A DNA stretch of 63,797 nt from Gekko japonicus (lineage: Eukaryota). Below, one piece after another: positions 1-24,870 of this stretch. The stretch is taken from assembly GCF_001447785.1 (NCBI RefSeq), contig NW_015165350.1, positions 21,672-85,468 of the forward strand, written 5' to 3'. The first letter of the stretch is position 1; each line of letters opens with the position of its first letter. The notes under the pieces were generated by a model, which made no database searches, was not told the DNA's origin, and worked only from the letters and a program-made list of their open reading frames with translations. The position numbers and the translations under genes are program-made.

Positions 1-243
1 CGCCCTTCACTCGGAGTCTCAGAGTGGCTTACAAACTCCTTTCTCTTCCCCTCCCCACAACAGACACCCTGTGAGGTAGGTGGGGCTGAGAGAGCTCTTT
101 CCAGAGCTGTCCTTGAGAGAACAGCTCTTATCAGAACTATGGCTTGCCCAAAGTCATCCAGCAGCTGCAAGTGGAGGAGTGGAGAATCAAACCCGATTCT
201 CCCAGATTAGAGTCTGTGCACTTAACCCCTACACCAAACTGGC
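1..243 (-). mobile_element. Squam3-like tRNA-derived SINE
   Basis: Reverse complement of the 50086-50371 family. Confidence 0.85.
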
Positions 244-945
244 CCTAACACAGTTGGGAATGCAAAGAGCCAACCAAACCATCAAGCACGAAAGAGTGGT
301 GTTGTGGGCACGGCAGTTGTGAGCTCATCTCTAAGAGACATCACAGACACTGTCCAATAGGGGCCTGTGATGTTTACAAAACTGCAACGAGTGATCTACC
401 TGAGGCTATGAGGAAGCCCCCCCCCCATTTCTATCACTCTTCAAAATTTGCAAAACAGACGTGTTCAGAACATTTTTGCAGAGGGAGCAAAGTTGTGGTG
501 AAATGGTTCCACTCAGGAGGTGACATTCATTAGGTATAGAGTCTTTCCTTCTCGTTGTTGGCTTAAACAGATAGGCTTGCATACTGTGTTCTCCCCCTGC
601 CCCATTCTACAGGCCTAGTCCAGTTGCTTTATTGTGACTTACTAGGAATTTTCACTGTCAGATTCAAACATCATCATATCGTGTAATCCACTCACTAATT
701 GCCTGATGCCATCATATTTTGTAATCCGTTCACTGATTACCTGAAAAGTTTTTACTGTACTTGTAATCACCTTGGGTCCCAGTGAGAAAAGACTATAAAT
801 TAAAATAATAATGCCTCAGCAAAACAATAACACAATTTGAACTGCGAAAACATGATAGCTCCACAAAAAGACGCGCTACTTTGAGGGGAAAATAACTAGA
901 TCTTATGGAGTGAAAAACAGCAGTCCGTGTAGTGTACAAAAAGAA

Positions 946-1548
946 GCTCAAAAATGATGGTCACAGTCACAGAACAGACCGCAAAAAGAAGAAACTGTGA
1001 GGTAACTGCGCTAGATAATATTTCAATAATAATCACAAAATTGTACAAAAATGTGTGCAGAAAATTATATAAATATACAAGACAATAGGAAATAATGTGT
1101 TGACGATGGTCTCCGGAATGCTCTATCGTTTCGATACTATTCTTCTTCCGAGAGTGAATGAAAACCTTAAGAAATCATATGCAGCAACAATATTATGTGC
1201 AGAACCTATGGTACATTTTTTGATACCTACTAGTTGAAAAGACAGACCAAGAGTCGCTGTACGTAAGGTTTTAAAAATTTTGTATTGAAATTGAATTTTT
1301 GTATGTACATGTACCATAGGTTCTGCACATAATATTGTTGTTGCATATGATTTCTTAAGGTTTTCATTCACTCTCGGAAGAATAGTATCGAAATGATAGA
1401 GCATTCCGGAGACCATCGTCAACACATCATTTTCTATTGTCTTGTATATTTATATAATTTTCTGCACACATTTTTGTACAATTTTGTGATTATTATTGAA
1501 ATATTATCTAGCGCAGTTACCTCACAGTTTCTTTCTTCTTTTTGCGGT
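946..1548. mobile_element. Long-hairpin insertion (inverted-repeat Penelope-like derivative)
   Basis: Arms ~978-1215 / ~1309-1548; direct repeat gtgtacaaaaagaa at 932-945 and 1549-1562. Confidence 0.75.
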
Positions 1549-1602
1549 GTGTACAAAAAGAAACCAGTCATAGGGACAAGCCCTTCTCTGCCTATCCCTC
1601 AC

Positions 1603-5234
<3,632 letters not shown>

Positions 5235-6229
5235 TTTCCAAGGAGCTGGACATCCGGTGTCCCCTGGGGATGTTGCACCAGCAGTCTTTGAAGAGTGATG
5301 TTAGATGGTTTCCTTGATCACAGTGGTGTCCTTTCTAAACAAACCTGACCTGAAAACGGATAATGGCAGGGCAGGGAACCAATAAATCAAGGTTGTGGAT
5401 AAATGGATTTAATCTGCCCTCATATTGGAGAAGAGACTCATATGAAGAGAAAGCAATACAAGGTCATCTGGATAGACGTGAGCCAAATTTCCAAGGCTCC
5501 ATTGAAGCAATTCCATTCGAAGACAGTTGTGGAACTGCCTGTCAGTTGAAAGAAGGCAGTTTCAACTGCATAACCCTGCCCAGACTCCAGATGGGGCCTG
5601 GAGTTCTCCTGGAAATATGATTGATCTCCAGATGCCAGAAATCTGTCCCCCTGGAGAAAATAGCAGATTCAGAGTGCAAATTCGAGGGTATGCCATAGAT
5701 TCCAGGTGAAGTCCCTACCCAGATGCCTTCCTCCATGGGCACTGCTCCCAAATCTCCAAGAATTTCCCAGGCGAGACTTGGCAACCCTAAACACTAATAG
5801 CGCCGGGGTTGTCAAAAGGCAACGGAAACATGCAAACAGCGCGTGGCAGTGCCTCACAACCCCTTCCTTGGACTGAGCCTCTGCTTTCAGTTTTTTTCAT
5901 CTGAACCAGAATTCTATTTGAGGGATGGAGGAATGTTTAGACTGGAGGAGGCACATAGCTCACACACACAGACACACACAAACACACACCCACAATCCCA
6001 GTTAAAGGTGGTTGCAAAGAAGACCTGCTGTCCAACCCATATTTTGTCTCGCTCTGTTGGATCCGAGGCGACAAGGTCAATCGTGGGATTTCCCAAACTG
6101 CAGTTCCAACTCTCGTCAAAGGCTGTCTCCCGCCCCCGTTTCCCTCCTCCCCTTTCCACGCTCCCCCTTACAAGCTCTCCGCCCACCCACTTCACTTTGC
6201 GAATGTTGCTCTCCTGCACGCAGACCTTT

Positions 6230-6470
6230 TCTTCCTCGGTCCTGAACCGACGACCCTCGCCCGGCCGGCCTCCTCCTCCTCCCAGGAAGGCCGCCTTGTC
6301 TGCTATCCTCCGCGCCCCCCTCCCCAAGCGAGCATCGGGTTGACGTCTACGAAGGCTCCTTTTCACCGTTGCACCATTGCTGTCCGGCCGCTTTATTTGG
6401 GGGGCGGCTGGCTTCTTCCCCGCTTCCTATCATGTGACCGAAGCCCAGCCAGACTCCTGGCAACACAAAA
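6230..6470 (-). promoter_or_regulatory. CpG-rich promoter / first-exon region of gene A
   Basis: CpG-rich; contains CCGCTTCC (ETS-like) and TCATGTGAC (E-box). This block is conserved with 20645-20730. Confidence 0.65.
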
Positions 6471-6852
6471 CCCATCCAGTCTTCTCCCTGAGAACATGGA
6501 TGGAGAGGGGAGGGGAAAGCAAGTAGGTCTGGGAATTTAGGGGCGCTGGAAAGTGAAAATCCTCAGGTGAATTTCCTGCACTGAGCAGGGGGTTGGACTA
6601 GATGACCCTCGAAGTCCCTTCCAACTCTATGATTCTAGGTGTCCCCCCCTTTCTCTGCCTGCTCCTTTCCTCCTGCCTCTGCTTCCCAGAGCAACATAAT
6701 CCCAACCATAATCAATGCCGTCCAAATTTAATTCTGGAAGGATAGCTGTGTTGCAGTAAAAGAAGGGGAGATTGTCTGGGACATCACAGATTAAGGGGAT
6801 TTATTCCAGGATCGTTTCAGAGGGTACCTTGGGTTGCCAGCCTCCAGGTGGT

Positions 6853-7088
6853 AGAAGCCAAAAATGAGAGATCGGGAGGAAGTGGCATTCCAAAAACAAG
6901 GAAGAGTCAATAAAGATAAGTTGCAAAAACATTTACTGCAATTTATTACTACATTTACTGTAGTAACGCGTGTGAGCGATAATAGAAGAACATTTTCTAC
7001 AGAATTACTACAGGAAATGTTTTTGCGATTTATCTTTATTGACTCTTCGTTGTTTTTGTCACGGATTTTGTTTTTGGAATTCCTCAGA
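6853..7088. mobile_element. Short hairpin insertion nested in a MITE
   Basis: Arms ~6887-6940 / ~7010-7080; TSD ctccaggtggt at 6842-6852 and 7089-7099. Confidence 0.75.
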
Positions 7089-7255
7089 CTCCAGGTGGTG
7101 GCTGGAGATCTCCTGGGATTACACAACTGATCTGGAGAAAACGGTTCTGTAAAATGGAGTCTACAAATTATACCCCATTGAAGTCCCTCCACTCCTCAAA
7201 TCCTACTTTCCTCAAGCTCAACCCCCCCCCCCAAATCTCCAGGTAATTTCCCAAC

Positions 7256-7461
7256 CAGTGTTCCCTCTAAGCTGAGTTAGTGTGAGCTAGCTCACAGTTT
7301 TTTAGCCTCCGGCTCACACATTTTTGTCTCGGCTCAGGGAGGAGGCCTCCAGAGCAAACTAATTTATGCAGTAGCCAAGTCGCTCGCTCACAGCTTTAAT
7401 GCCAGTAGCTCACAAAGTAGAATTTTTGCTCACAAGACTGCATGGCTTAGAGGGAACATTG
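7256..7461 (+). mobile_element. hAT-type MITE, ~205 bp (TIR cagtgttccctctaag)
   Basis: 8-bp TSD ttcccaac; TIRs present. Confidence 0.88.
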
Positions 7462-7906
7462 TTCCCAACCTGGAGCTGGCAGCCCTAAGAGTACCTCTGC
7501 TAGTCTACAGTAGAAGCAATAGATTCAGTTACAGTAGCACCTTAAAGCCGAACAAGAGTCAAAAGCCTTCGAGAGTCAAAGCTCTCTTCATCAGATACCA
7601 GCGTCAGCCAGCTTTCACGATGCGGTTGCCGGCTCTGAGTTGGGAAACACCTGGAGGTTTTGGGGGTGGAGCCTGGGAAGGGAGTGGTTTGGAGAGGGGA
7701 GGGACCTCAGCGGGCTCCAATGCCACGGAGTCCACCAAAGCAGCCATTTTCTCTGGGGGAACTGATCTTGGTCCGTCCCCTGGAGATCAAACTGTAATAG
7801 CAGATCTCCAGGTGCCTCCTGAAGGGTAGCAATCCTATTTCATGAGCCAGAGCTCGCTTACAAAATCTTATGCTGGAATAAATGCGGATAATCTCTATAG
7901 TGCTGC

Positions 7907-8126
7907 TAGGGTTGCCAATCGCCACGTGGCGGCTGGAGATCTCCCACTATTGCAACTGATCTCCAGGTGACAGAAATTAGTTCTCCTGGGGAAAAATGGC
8001 AGCTTTGGAAGGCAGACTCTGTGGCATTATATCCCACTGAAGTCCCTCCCCTTCCCAAGCCCCACCCTCTGCAGGCTCCACCCCCAAAATCTCCAGGTAC
8101 TTCCCAACCTGGAGTTGGCAACCCTA
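7907..8126 (+). mobile_element. hAT-type MITE with TIR tagggttgcca (other copies ~5573-5790, 6830-7487, 7620-7836, 17780-18007)
   Basis: TIRs tagggttgcc/ggcaacccta; imperfect 8-bp TSD agtgctgc/ggtgctgt. Confidence 0.8.
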
Positions 8127-8839
8127 GGTGCTGTACAATTTCTTTTTAGGGAGCGGGCTGGCAAAGGAACTTTCTCATTACTTAATCTTTTGTATCAATG
8201 GCTTTGCAAGACTCAAGACCACAAAGATCCCACTGGTGGACCTCCTGATGGCACTGGTATTTCTGGCCTCTGTGTGACACAGAGTGTTGGACTGGATGGG
8301 CCTTTGGCCTGATCCAACATTGGCGTCTCTTATGTTCTTATATTTTACCAAGTCACAACATTCAGACATCTAAATTCAGTAATGACTCTTCTGACTGGCA
8401 AGAGCTCTTCAGTGTCTCAGGTAGAGAAGAGTCTCCACAGACTGCTAGCTGAAGATCTTCATGACTGATAAACCTCTGGGCACCTTTATCTGTGATAAAA
8501 GAACAGGGCTGAACATGTTTGTTGTAGACCTGCCAACCTCCAGGTGGGGCCTGGAGACCTTCTGGAACTACAATGGATCTCCAGACTAATTTGGTAATGC
8601 TAGTCCTATTGCATTTTTTAAAATGGTGAAGTTCTTCACTGATTGGCAGGTTTAAATGCCTAAGAGAGCAATCCTAAACAGGTCTACTTATAAATCCTGT
8701 TCTAGGTTACTCACTGGGGCTGATTCCCAGGATTCCCTGGAATATGAATCATAGCCTGGTGATGGTTCGGTTGAAGGAGGTGGTAAGTACAGTGAGTTCA
8801 AGCAGAAGCAGAAATACCATCCCATGCTTTGCAGAGAAA

Positions 8840-9155
8840 AATAAGTGATTAAAATGTGGAATTCGCTGCCAGAGGATGTATGGCCACAGGCGATGACAGC
8901 TTTAAAAGGGGATTAAATAGATGCATGGAGGATAGGTCTATCAGTGGCTAAGGGCCATGGTGATTAAAAGGAGCCTCCACATTCCGAGGCACTAAACCTC
9001 TGAATCCCAGAGCCAGGAGGCAGCATCAGGGGAAGGCCTCAGCCTCTGTGCCCTGTCGTTGGACCTCCAGAGGAACTGGTTGGCCACTGTGTGAGACAGG
9101 ATGCTGGACTAGAAGGACCAGCGGTCTGATCCCGCAGGGCTCTTTTTATATTCTT
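8840..9155 (+). mobile_element. CR1 3' end fragments (related pieces at ~8220-8341, 12945-13070, 15400-15585, 25015-25295, 37966-38062, 40588-40770, 43185-43510, 50495-50760; other CR1 tails at 6570-6637, 13625-13833, 56770-57040)
   Basis: Shared ggccactgtgtgagacag..ctggactag/atgg..tctgatcca..ttcttatgttctt tail, or gattctatgattct tail. Confidence 0.75.
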
Positions 9156-9913
9156 AAAAAAAAAAGATCCAGAAATAACCACACCATGTAGGTTCCCTAT
9201 TGGCCAGAATGTCAAACGCTTTAATAAGTTACATAAGGCATCTGCAGCCAAAGTAATCCAAAGAAGTATTCTTTTACACATCTGACATATGAGTGCCATA
9301 GGATTTTTTTTTTTAAAGCAAAATGACAGACAGACAACCCTCTGGAATTCAGTACTAATAAAAATAGTTAGGATTTGAAATCGCAAAGGAAAACTGTCCA
9401 TTAGAAACTGGGCTGGGCCCACAGATATTGGCAATACTGACATTTATTCGCAAATTGCATTGGAGGTATGCTACACAGACCACTGGGAACGGCAGGAACC
9501 GTTAGAAGATTGCGTGTGTTTCTTTTAGTTCTCTAGTAAGGATTTGTGTGTCATTGACAACTTACTTTATCTGGTAAATTTTTTTTGTCTTGTTTCAGTA
9601 GAGTGAAACCTGCAAAAGAAGCTTTTGTCACAATGTACATACGTGTTTTGTCTCTGGAATATAAATGAGGTAATATGAACTCTGATCGAAAACATGGGGT
9701 TTTTTTTTCTCCACTCACAACTGAGTTCACCAGTGTTTTTCCAAAACCAGTCTGAAGTAGATTTATTCAAGCTTCTCTTAATATTCCATAAGCTCTTATG
9801 CCACACTGTTTATGTCTGTAATATCTCTCCTCAATGATACAATCAGCTTCTTTTTACCCACTGAATTTTTTACTGTAGACAGAGTTTATGAATAGATTTT
9901 CTCAAGCGTGGAT

Positions 9914-18385
<8,472 letters not shown>

Positions 18386-20439
18386 TTTCTAAAGTGATGG
18401 GGGCAGTCGCCCACCAGCTCTGTACTCCGTACCTGAGGAAACCCAGCTGTGGACTTTTCCATTTTGGGGGAGAAGGGAGAAAGACCTGGTAATGAAAGGA
18501 GATGTCACTTTGGAGCTTGTGAGGCCAGGAACAGCAACAGGGCCAAAGACAAGCAGGGCTCTGGTCAGTGCCATTGCAGCATACCTGTATGGAAGAGACC
18601 ATGATCTGAAACAGAGGAAGGCAAAACATGGTTGTGACAGAAAAACTTGATACAAAACTAGACTTTTGTCTTTGGATGAGAAAAAACCCTGGATGACAAA
18701 GAGGAGCCCAGTCCTCGATAATATTTACGTAGATTCCACTCTGAGAGCAGTTGGAGTTTTGCATTCTCTGGCAGTTAAGAGAAAATGGTTGGCAGAACTG
18801 CCTTATGGGCTGAGGAGACAGAGCGGCTTTAGGCCTGGATTTACCAGGACTTCACCCCAGTACCCCCCAAGAAGGACTCAGACTCAGGATATGTGAACTA
18901 ATAATGACAACTGTGACTCTAGGCGTAAGCAGAGTGCCTTCTTTCATCCATTGAATAATCACAGCCCGGTGGTCTCAGAAAGTGACACACCTTTCAAGTC
19001 CTTTTGGGCTGCGGGCGCCAGTTACCGTAAAACCATCTCCTGCCCCTTTGAACTCATACTTGGGTAGCTGACCCTCTGCTCACAGCGAAGTTCAACTGCA
19101 GTAAGCAGGGAAATTACATTGGCCATGAAACTCGCATGGCCCAGACACTCACATTCGGAGAGAGGGATCGTCATGTGCCCCCATCTTGAGATAGACCCTG
19201 ATTTGTTTATTTATACTTATATCCCACTTTTCTTCTGATCAACGGGATTCAAGCAGTTCTACATCAGATTTAAAAACAAATACAATTCTATGACTTTCAG
19301 ACATTTCAAGTCAGAGGGAGTCCACAGCCTAGCTGGCACTGATGAGAAGGCCCTGTCTCTTACGATACTCCAAGACAGAATTACCCACAATGATGTAATC
19401 CGATCTTTTTTTCCCCACAGCACATTCCCTCCATTTAATTTTACAGAATGCAGTTGCTGAGGATAAAATTTTAAAGGGGAAAATCAACACGGGGAGAGAC
19501 GGACTAGTTCCATCCCTTAATATGTTGTAATTCTGTAATTATGGTTTTTATGGTTTTAACTGTTTTTATGTGTTGCCGTATGCCTATTTGTGAGCCGCCC
19601 TGAGCCTGGATCGCAGGGAGGGCGGGCTATAAATTGAAATTATAAATAAATAAATAAAATATTGGCTCCAGTCCATTTGGAGCTTCACAGTTAAGTACTA
19701 GCAACCAGGAGAGCTTGGGAAACCACTAAAAGTCAATGAACTTGGTACCATATCAAAGTAACATTCTCTGCACAACATATATTAATGCCAGAGTTTGGTG
19801 AAAGCATGGACAGGTCAGATCAATGGACCAACATCCTGGGGAGAAACCTGCCTCAAGTACGTGTAAGTCTATAAATAACATAAACAAATATTTATTCCCT
19901 TGGAAAATTTATGTGCTGTCATTCCATTAAAATTTGTTCAAGGCAGCTTACAAAAGTTCTTTTTTAAAAAAGATAATATCGCTCAAAATAACAACTTGTA
20001 ACAGAAGGGAGAATCCCCACTATGGGAAAAACAAAGCCAATAAGATTTTTGGTTGAAGCTGGAAAAGCCAAGGAAAGGGTTGTTGCTATTCTTGGATTTT
20101 CTTTCCCCCCATTGCTGAGGTCTCCCCCACCCCGCCACACCAAAAGGTTTATTTAAAAACCTGATTTAACCAGAGGCAGATGACCCCACAAATAGCAATC
20201 CCCTCCTTTCCATCCACTTTCTGCTCAAAGCAAGAATTCTCATTACCTGCCTCTATAGAAAATGAAAAAAAAAACTGTCAGGGGGGGGGGGGTTTTGATA
20301 CAAAAGCGTAGAAGATCAAAACCCTCTCGCTTTTCACCCTGGTCAGATTTCCTTTTGAGGGCTCAGCAAATAATTCTTGGAATGTACAAAAGTCTACGGG
20401 GAGGCCGTTCCAGTGGACAAGTAGACCCCCACCGCCATC

Positions 20440-20830
20440 CCTTTCTCACCAGCGCACCAGTCCGCTCAGCTGGTCCCCCGCCCAGTCGATCCCTCTGTTT
20501 TCGCCCCGCCTCCTGCGACTCGCAGATCTTTTGTTCCCTCTGTCTCGCGCCGACGGCGATTCGCCGCCGCCTTTACGACTTCTAGGAGCCCCGCTTTGTT
20601 TTTATTAACGGACGCGGGCGAATGTTTTGGAAGCGCCCGTTTTAACGTTGCACAGTTTTGCCTTCGCTTATTGCGTGACTTGCTTTCCGCTTCCCATCAT
20701 GTGACGGAGGCAAGCCAGATCCCTGGCAGGAGGAGAGCAGCGCGTTTGGAGTTTCGCACAAGGAGGGGAGATCCGTTTGCAGGGAGGCTGCAGAACTGCA
20801 GCGCCCATCGGTTGGGGGGGCGAAACCCTC
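20440..20830 (-). promoter_or_regulatory. CpG-island promoter / non-coding first exon of gene B
   Basis: CpG-rich; minus-strand donor G|GTGAG near 20449; ETS plus E-box block shared with the gene A promoter. Confidence 0.65.
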
Positions 20831-21217
20831 AGCAGCTTTGAAGAGGGTCGTCTTCTTTACCCCTTTCTTGTATTGCTCAGTGATGGGATACCTAATCTAT
20901 CTATCCCCACCCTAAAGCGCTCACCCCCTCCATGTTATCATCACAACAACCTTGTGAGGGAGGTTAGGCTGAGAGTACTGGGCCCCGGGTAATCCAGTGA
21001 GTTTTATTTATGACTAAATTTTATGTATGTGTGTATTCATGTATTTACATCCTGCCTTTCTTTCCACTGGGGAACCAAAGCAGCTTAGGTCATTCTCCTC
21101 TCCTCCATTTTATCCTCACAACAACCCTGTGAGGTAGGTTATTAGGTGGTGAGTGTGTGACTGGCGCAAGGTCACACAACAAGCTTCCATGGCTCGATTG
21201 AGACCTGAGTTTTGCAA

Positions 21218-22938
21218 GGGACATACTCAGTGTTCTCTCTAAACTGAGTTAGTGTGAGCTAGCTCACAGTTTTTCAGCCTTCAGCTCACACGTTTTTCAA
21301 ACTACATTCAAACTAATGTATGCAGTAGCCAAATTGCTCTCTCACAACTTTAATGCCAGTAGCTCACAAAGTAGAATTTTTGCTCACAAGAGTCCACAGC
21401 TTAGAGGGAACACTGGACATACTAAAACTATGGACAAGCGATTGCCCATAGGGAATACATGAGTGGACAGCGATTGCCCATAGGCAATACATGAATACCA
21501 ATAGAGAATGCATGATTGCCCATAGGGAATAATGGAGAGGACGCTTGCCTATAGAGGATAATAGAGAACATAATTGCCAATAGAGAATCCATGATTGCCC
21601 ATAGGGAATAATGGAGAGGACGCTTGCCAACAGGGGATAACGGAGTACATAATTGCCAATAGAGAATCCATGATTGCCCATAGAGGATAATTGAGTACAT
21701 AATTGCCAATAAAGAATCCATGATTGCTCATAGGGACATAATTGCCAACAGAGAATCCATGGTTGCCAAAAGGCAATATTGCCCAAGGTCATTCTGGCTC
21801 TTCCAGCTCTCGTTAGGGGCTCTTTAAAAAGTTATGGCCGCCGCCGGTGGCAGCTGCAACGGCTGCGAGGGGCCTGAAACGTTCCCCCGCCACCCTGAGC
21901 CCCAGGGTGGCAGCCTCGGACTCCTAGCAGCAAATTCCACCGCGGCTCAGGGAGGCGGCCGTTGCAGCTGCCACTGCCAGAACTTTTTAAAGAGCTCCTA
22001 ACGAGAGTTGGGATAGCCAGAATGACCTCTCCCGAGAGGTGGAATTTGCCCCTAGGAGCCCAAGGCTGCCACCCCAGGGCTTAGGGAGGCAGGGAAACGT
22101 TTTGCCCCACTGCGGCTGTTGCTGCGGGCACCGACAGTGGTGGCAGCCATAATTTTTTTAAGAGCCCCTAACGAGGGCTGGGGGAGCCAGAATGACCTCT
22201 CGTGAGTGCAACGCTGCTCAGACATCACACGCAAGAGGTGGAATTTGCCCCTAGGAGTCCAAGGCCATCACCCTGGGGCTCAGGGAGGCGGGGGGACATT
22301 TTGCCCCCCCCCTGCGGCGGCTGCCGCCCTAACTTTTTAAAGAGCCCCTCATGGATCAGAGCTGGGAGGTCACACGCGAGAGGTCACTCTGGCTCCCCCT
22401 AATGAGAGCTGGGGGTGCCGGAATGACCTTGGGCAATATTGCCTTTTGGCAATCATGGATTCTCTGTTGGCAATTATGTCCCTATGAGCAATCATTGATT
22501 CTCTATTGGCAATTATGTACTCAATTATCCTCTATGGGCAAGCGTCCTCTCCATTATTCCTTATGGGCAGGCATGGATTCCTTATTGGCATTATGGATTC
22601 TCTATTGGCAATTATGTTCTCTATTATCCTCTATAGGCAAGCGTCCTCTCCATTATTCCCTATGGACAGTCATGGATTCCTTATTGTGCACTATCCCCTC
22701 TCGGCAAGCGTCCTCTCCATTATTCTTTATGGGCAATCATGGATTCTCTATTGGCTCTTATGGATTCTCTATTGGCAATTATGTACTCCATTATCCCCTA
22801 TGGGCAAGCCTACTCTTCATTATTCCCTATGGGCAATCATGCATTCTCTATCTGCATTCATGTATTGCCTGTGGGCAATCGCTGTCCACTCATGTATTCC
22901 CTATGGGCAATCGCTTGTCCTTAGTTTTAGTACGTCCC
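21218..22938. mobile_element. Foldback-like element with long inverted arms built of minisatellite units
   Basis: Left end gggacatactaaaactatggacaagcgattgccc (split by a MITE) is the reverse complement of right end gggcaatcgcttgtccttagttttagtacgtccc. Confidence 0.8.
21228..21415 (+). mobile_element. Same hAT MITE family
   Basis: 8-bp TSD gacatact (21220-21227 / 21416-21423). Confidence 0.88.
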
Positions 22939-22999
22939 ATCGAAGTGAGCCAGGGGGCCATCATGATGTTAGAAGGTAGAAAATATCACTGAAGAGCCA

Positions 23000-23950
23000 G
23001 CAACACACCTGGCTTGCTAATAGAGGAAAGGTAACAAATGTAGAACTTGCCTTTCTTGTGATGGCTAACCAGAACTTGGTGCTGAAAGCTACTTCTTAAG
23101 TTCATCAAGAAATTCTGCAAGGGCCCAGAAATTGTTACAATGAGTTGCTTTGCTACAAAAGCCACCAGTCTAGTGCAGGTATTTTAGGGCTCAGCTACCA
23201 AGGTAGTTGCCAAGATGTGCCAAGGGATTCCATTCTGCATTTGGGTGATCTGGTCTAGATATGAATAGAATGATTGCCTTGTCATCCCTGGATGATGCAG
23301 ACTGTATGGGCAAAGTGGTTCTTTCTAATGCTGAGGTTACACAAAGTTGGAACTCACATGCTTGAAGCATGGAATGGACTGAAGATGTATTTCCTGCCTC
23401 TTGAAACTCTAAGCACTGAAGCAGAATGAGCACAGAATTGACTATAAAACCTAGAAGTACAAGCAGTTTTTTGTCCTTGGAAGTATGCCCTTGAACTACA
23501 TTGCAAATTCAGCATGAAGATGGAGGATGAAGACCCTGGTTCACCTTGCACAGTGACCTTTTGGGAATGTCCCCGGAGACTGCTGTGAAACTTTAATGGC
23601 AAAATGATACAGAAGTCTTGGACAGCCTAGAAAACTTTATGCCTCTGAGCATCGTGGATTAGCTTTGAAGCATCCCTGGATGGAACACCTTTTGAAACAA
23701 ATGTGACAAAAGGCTGCATTGTTCTATGCCACAGTGCTGATGAATAAAGTGATCAAAAATCCCCTTGATGGACCTATTATTAAAAAAAAATGGTTCCATG
23801 TTCCTTAATCCCATATCAAAGCTGCAGGTGTTGGCCAAAGTGATTGCTTACCTTGGAGTCATCTGGAGAGCATACAGAGGAAGCTGGTCAACTGATGGAT
23901 CACTTTTCAATGTCGTAAAACAGGTTCAAGGTGAAAAGATATTTATTTAG
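23000..23950 (+). pseudogene. Possible highly degraded hAT transposase remnant
   Basis: By-eye fragments WAKWFFLM..V..MLEAWNGLKMYFL and FYATV..K..PLDGPIIKK...FLNP resemble hAT transposase segments; many stop codons. Confidence 0.35.
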
Positions 23951-24139
23951 TTCTTGTGGATCCCCTAACCCAAGAACTAAAGAAATATTTTCAGGATCCA
24001 CTGCTAGGTTGGCAGGAGCTGGAACTAGAGACAGGAGCTCACCCTGTCTTGCGGCACCCGGGTCTTAGTTTTACTACGTCCCAAAATGCACGTGTGAAGG
24101 CAGATCTATACGACAAGCCTCTCAGACAAAAATCGGTAA

Positions 24140-24870
24140 CAAGCACGCGAGCCCAAAAACCACCTCGACTGTTTTTTCCCCCTTTCCAAATGCTCCACAC
24201 TTAACATTGTTCTCGCCCAATGTCTGAGCGCCCTTCCCACGGAAGTTGCGTCCCAATCACGTGCTGGCGAGTGCGGCGAATCGCATTGTTCTTCCGTAGA
24301 CGTGTAACCCTTTCAAGCAAGTATCTGGCGGCGGCGTTCTGTTTCTTGCTGTGCTTTTGTGGCCCCTCGTTGCAGTCGGAGTTCTACTGACCGGCCTCCC
24401 GTACGTAAAGGACGAGGGCTCCCGGGGTGGGGGGGTTGGAGGGGTATGCTTTGCATGAATGGTTGAGTGAGCGGCTGCAGCCGGAGCTCAGCGTGGCGGG
24501 GGCGGATTTACGGCTGGTTCCCTTTTGCTGTCGCCTCTGAGCTGCTCGCTTGCATTGGGGCCAGAAGCTTTAGCGGGGATTGCTTTCCTTGCAGGGCCTT
24601 AGTCGGCGCTAAGAAAGGCACAAGAGGTTGGCTGGGAAAGGGCAAAGGCGGGGGGACGACGACGCACACGCACACACATTCTGTTTCTGCTCTCCTGGCC
24701 TGAGCACCACATCTAGCACTTGCCCCCTTCCGGAAACGTGCCGCGTTCCCGTAGTAAGCCACGTGTTTCGTGCTGTGAAAGGGACCGGGGTACTCAGAGG
24801 AGCCCTGCGGGAGACTGGAGGACGCGGGATCATGGCTACGGGTTGATTACTGCTTGGAGAAAGCTGTGAG
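24140..24870 (+). promoter_or_regulatory. CpG-island promoter with probable non-coding exon(s), divergent from gene B
   Basis: CGGAAGT (ETS), CCAAT and CACGTG clustered at 24240-24263; CpG-rich; plus-strand GTGAG donors at ~24467 and ~24866. Confidence 0.6.

Noticed and set aside
9560-9913. Further fingers after the gene B stop (also 35580-35830 after gene D)
   Set aside because: At most decayed finger-like remnants with stop codons, consistent with 3' UTR
21424-22930. CRISPR-like array or repetitive protein ORFs (IIPYGQSWILYWQLC repeats)
   Set aside because: There are no unique spacers or cas genes and the context is vertebrate. The ORFs occur in several frames on both arms as a by-product of the minisatellite.
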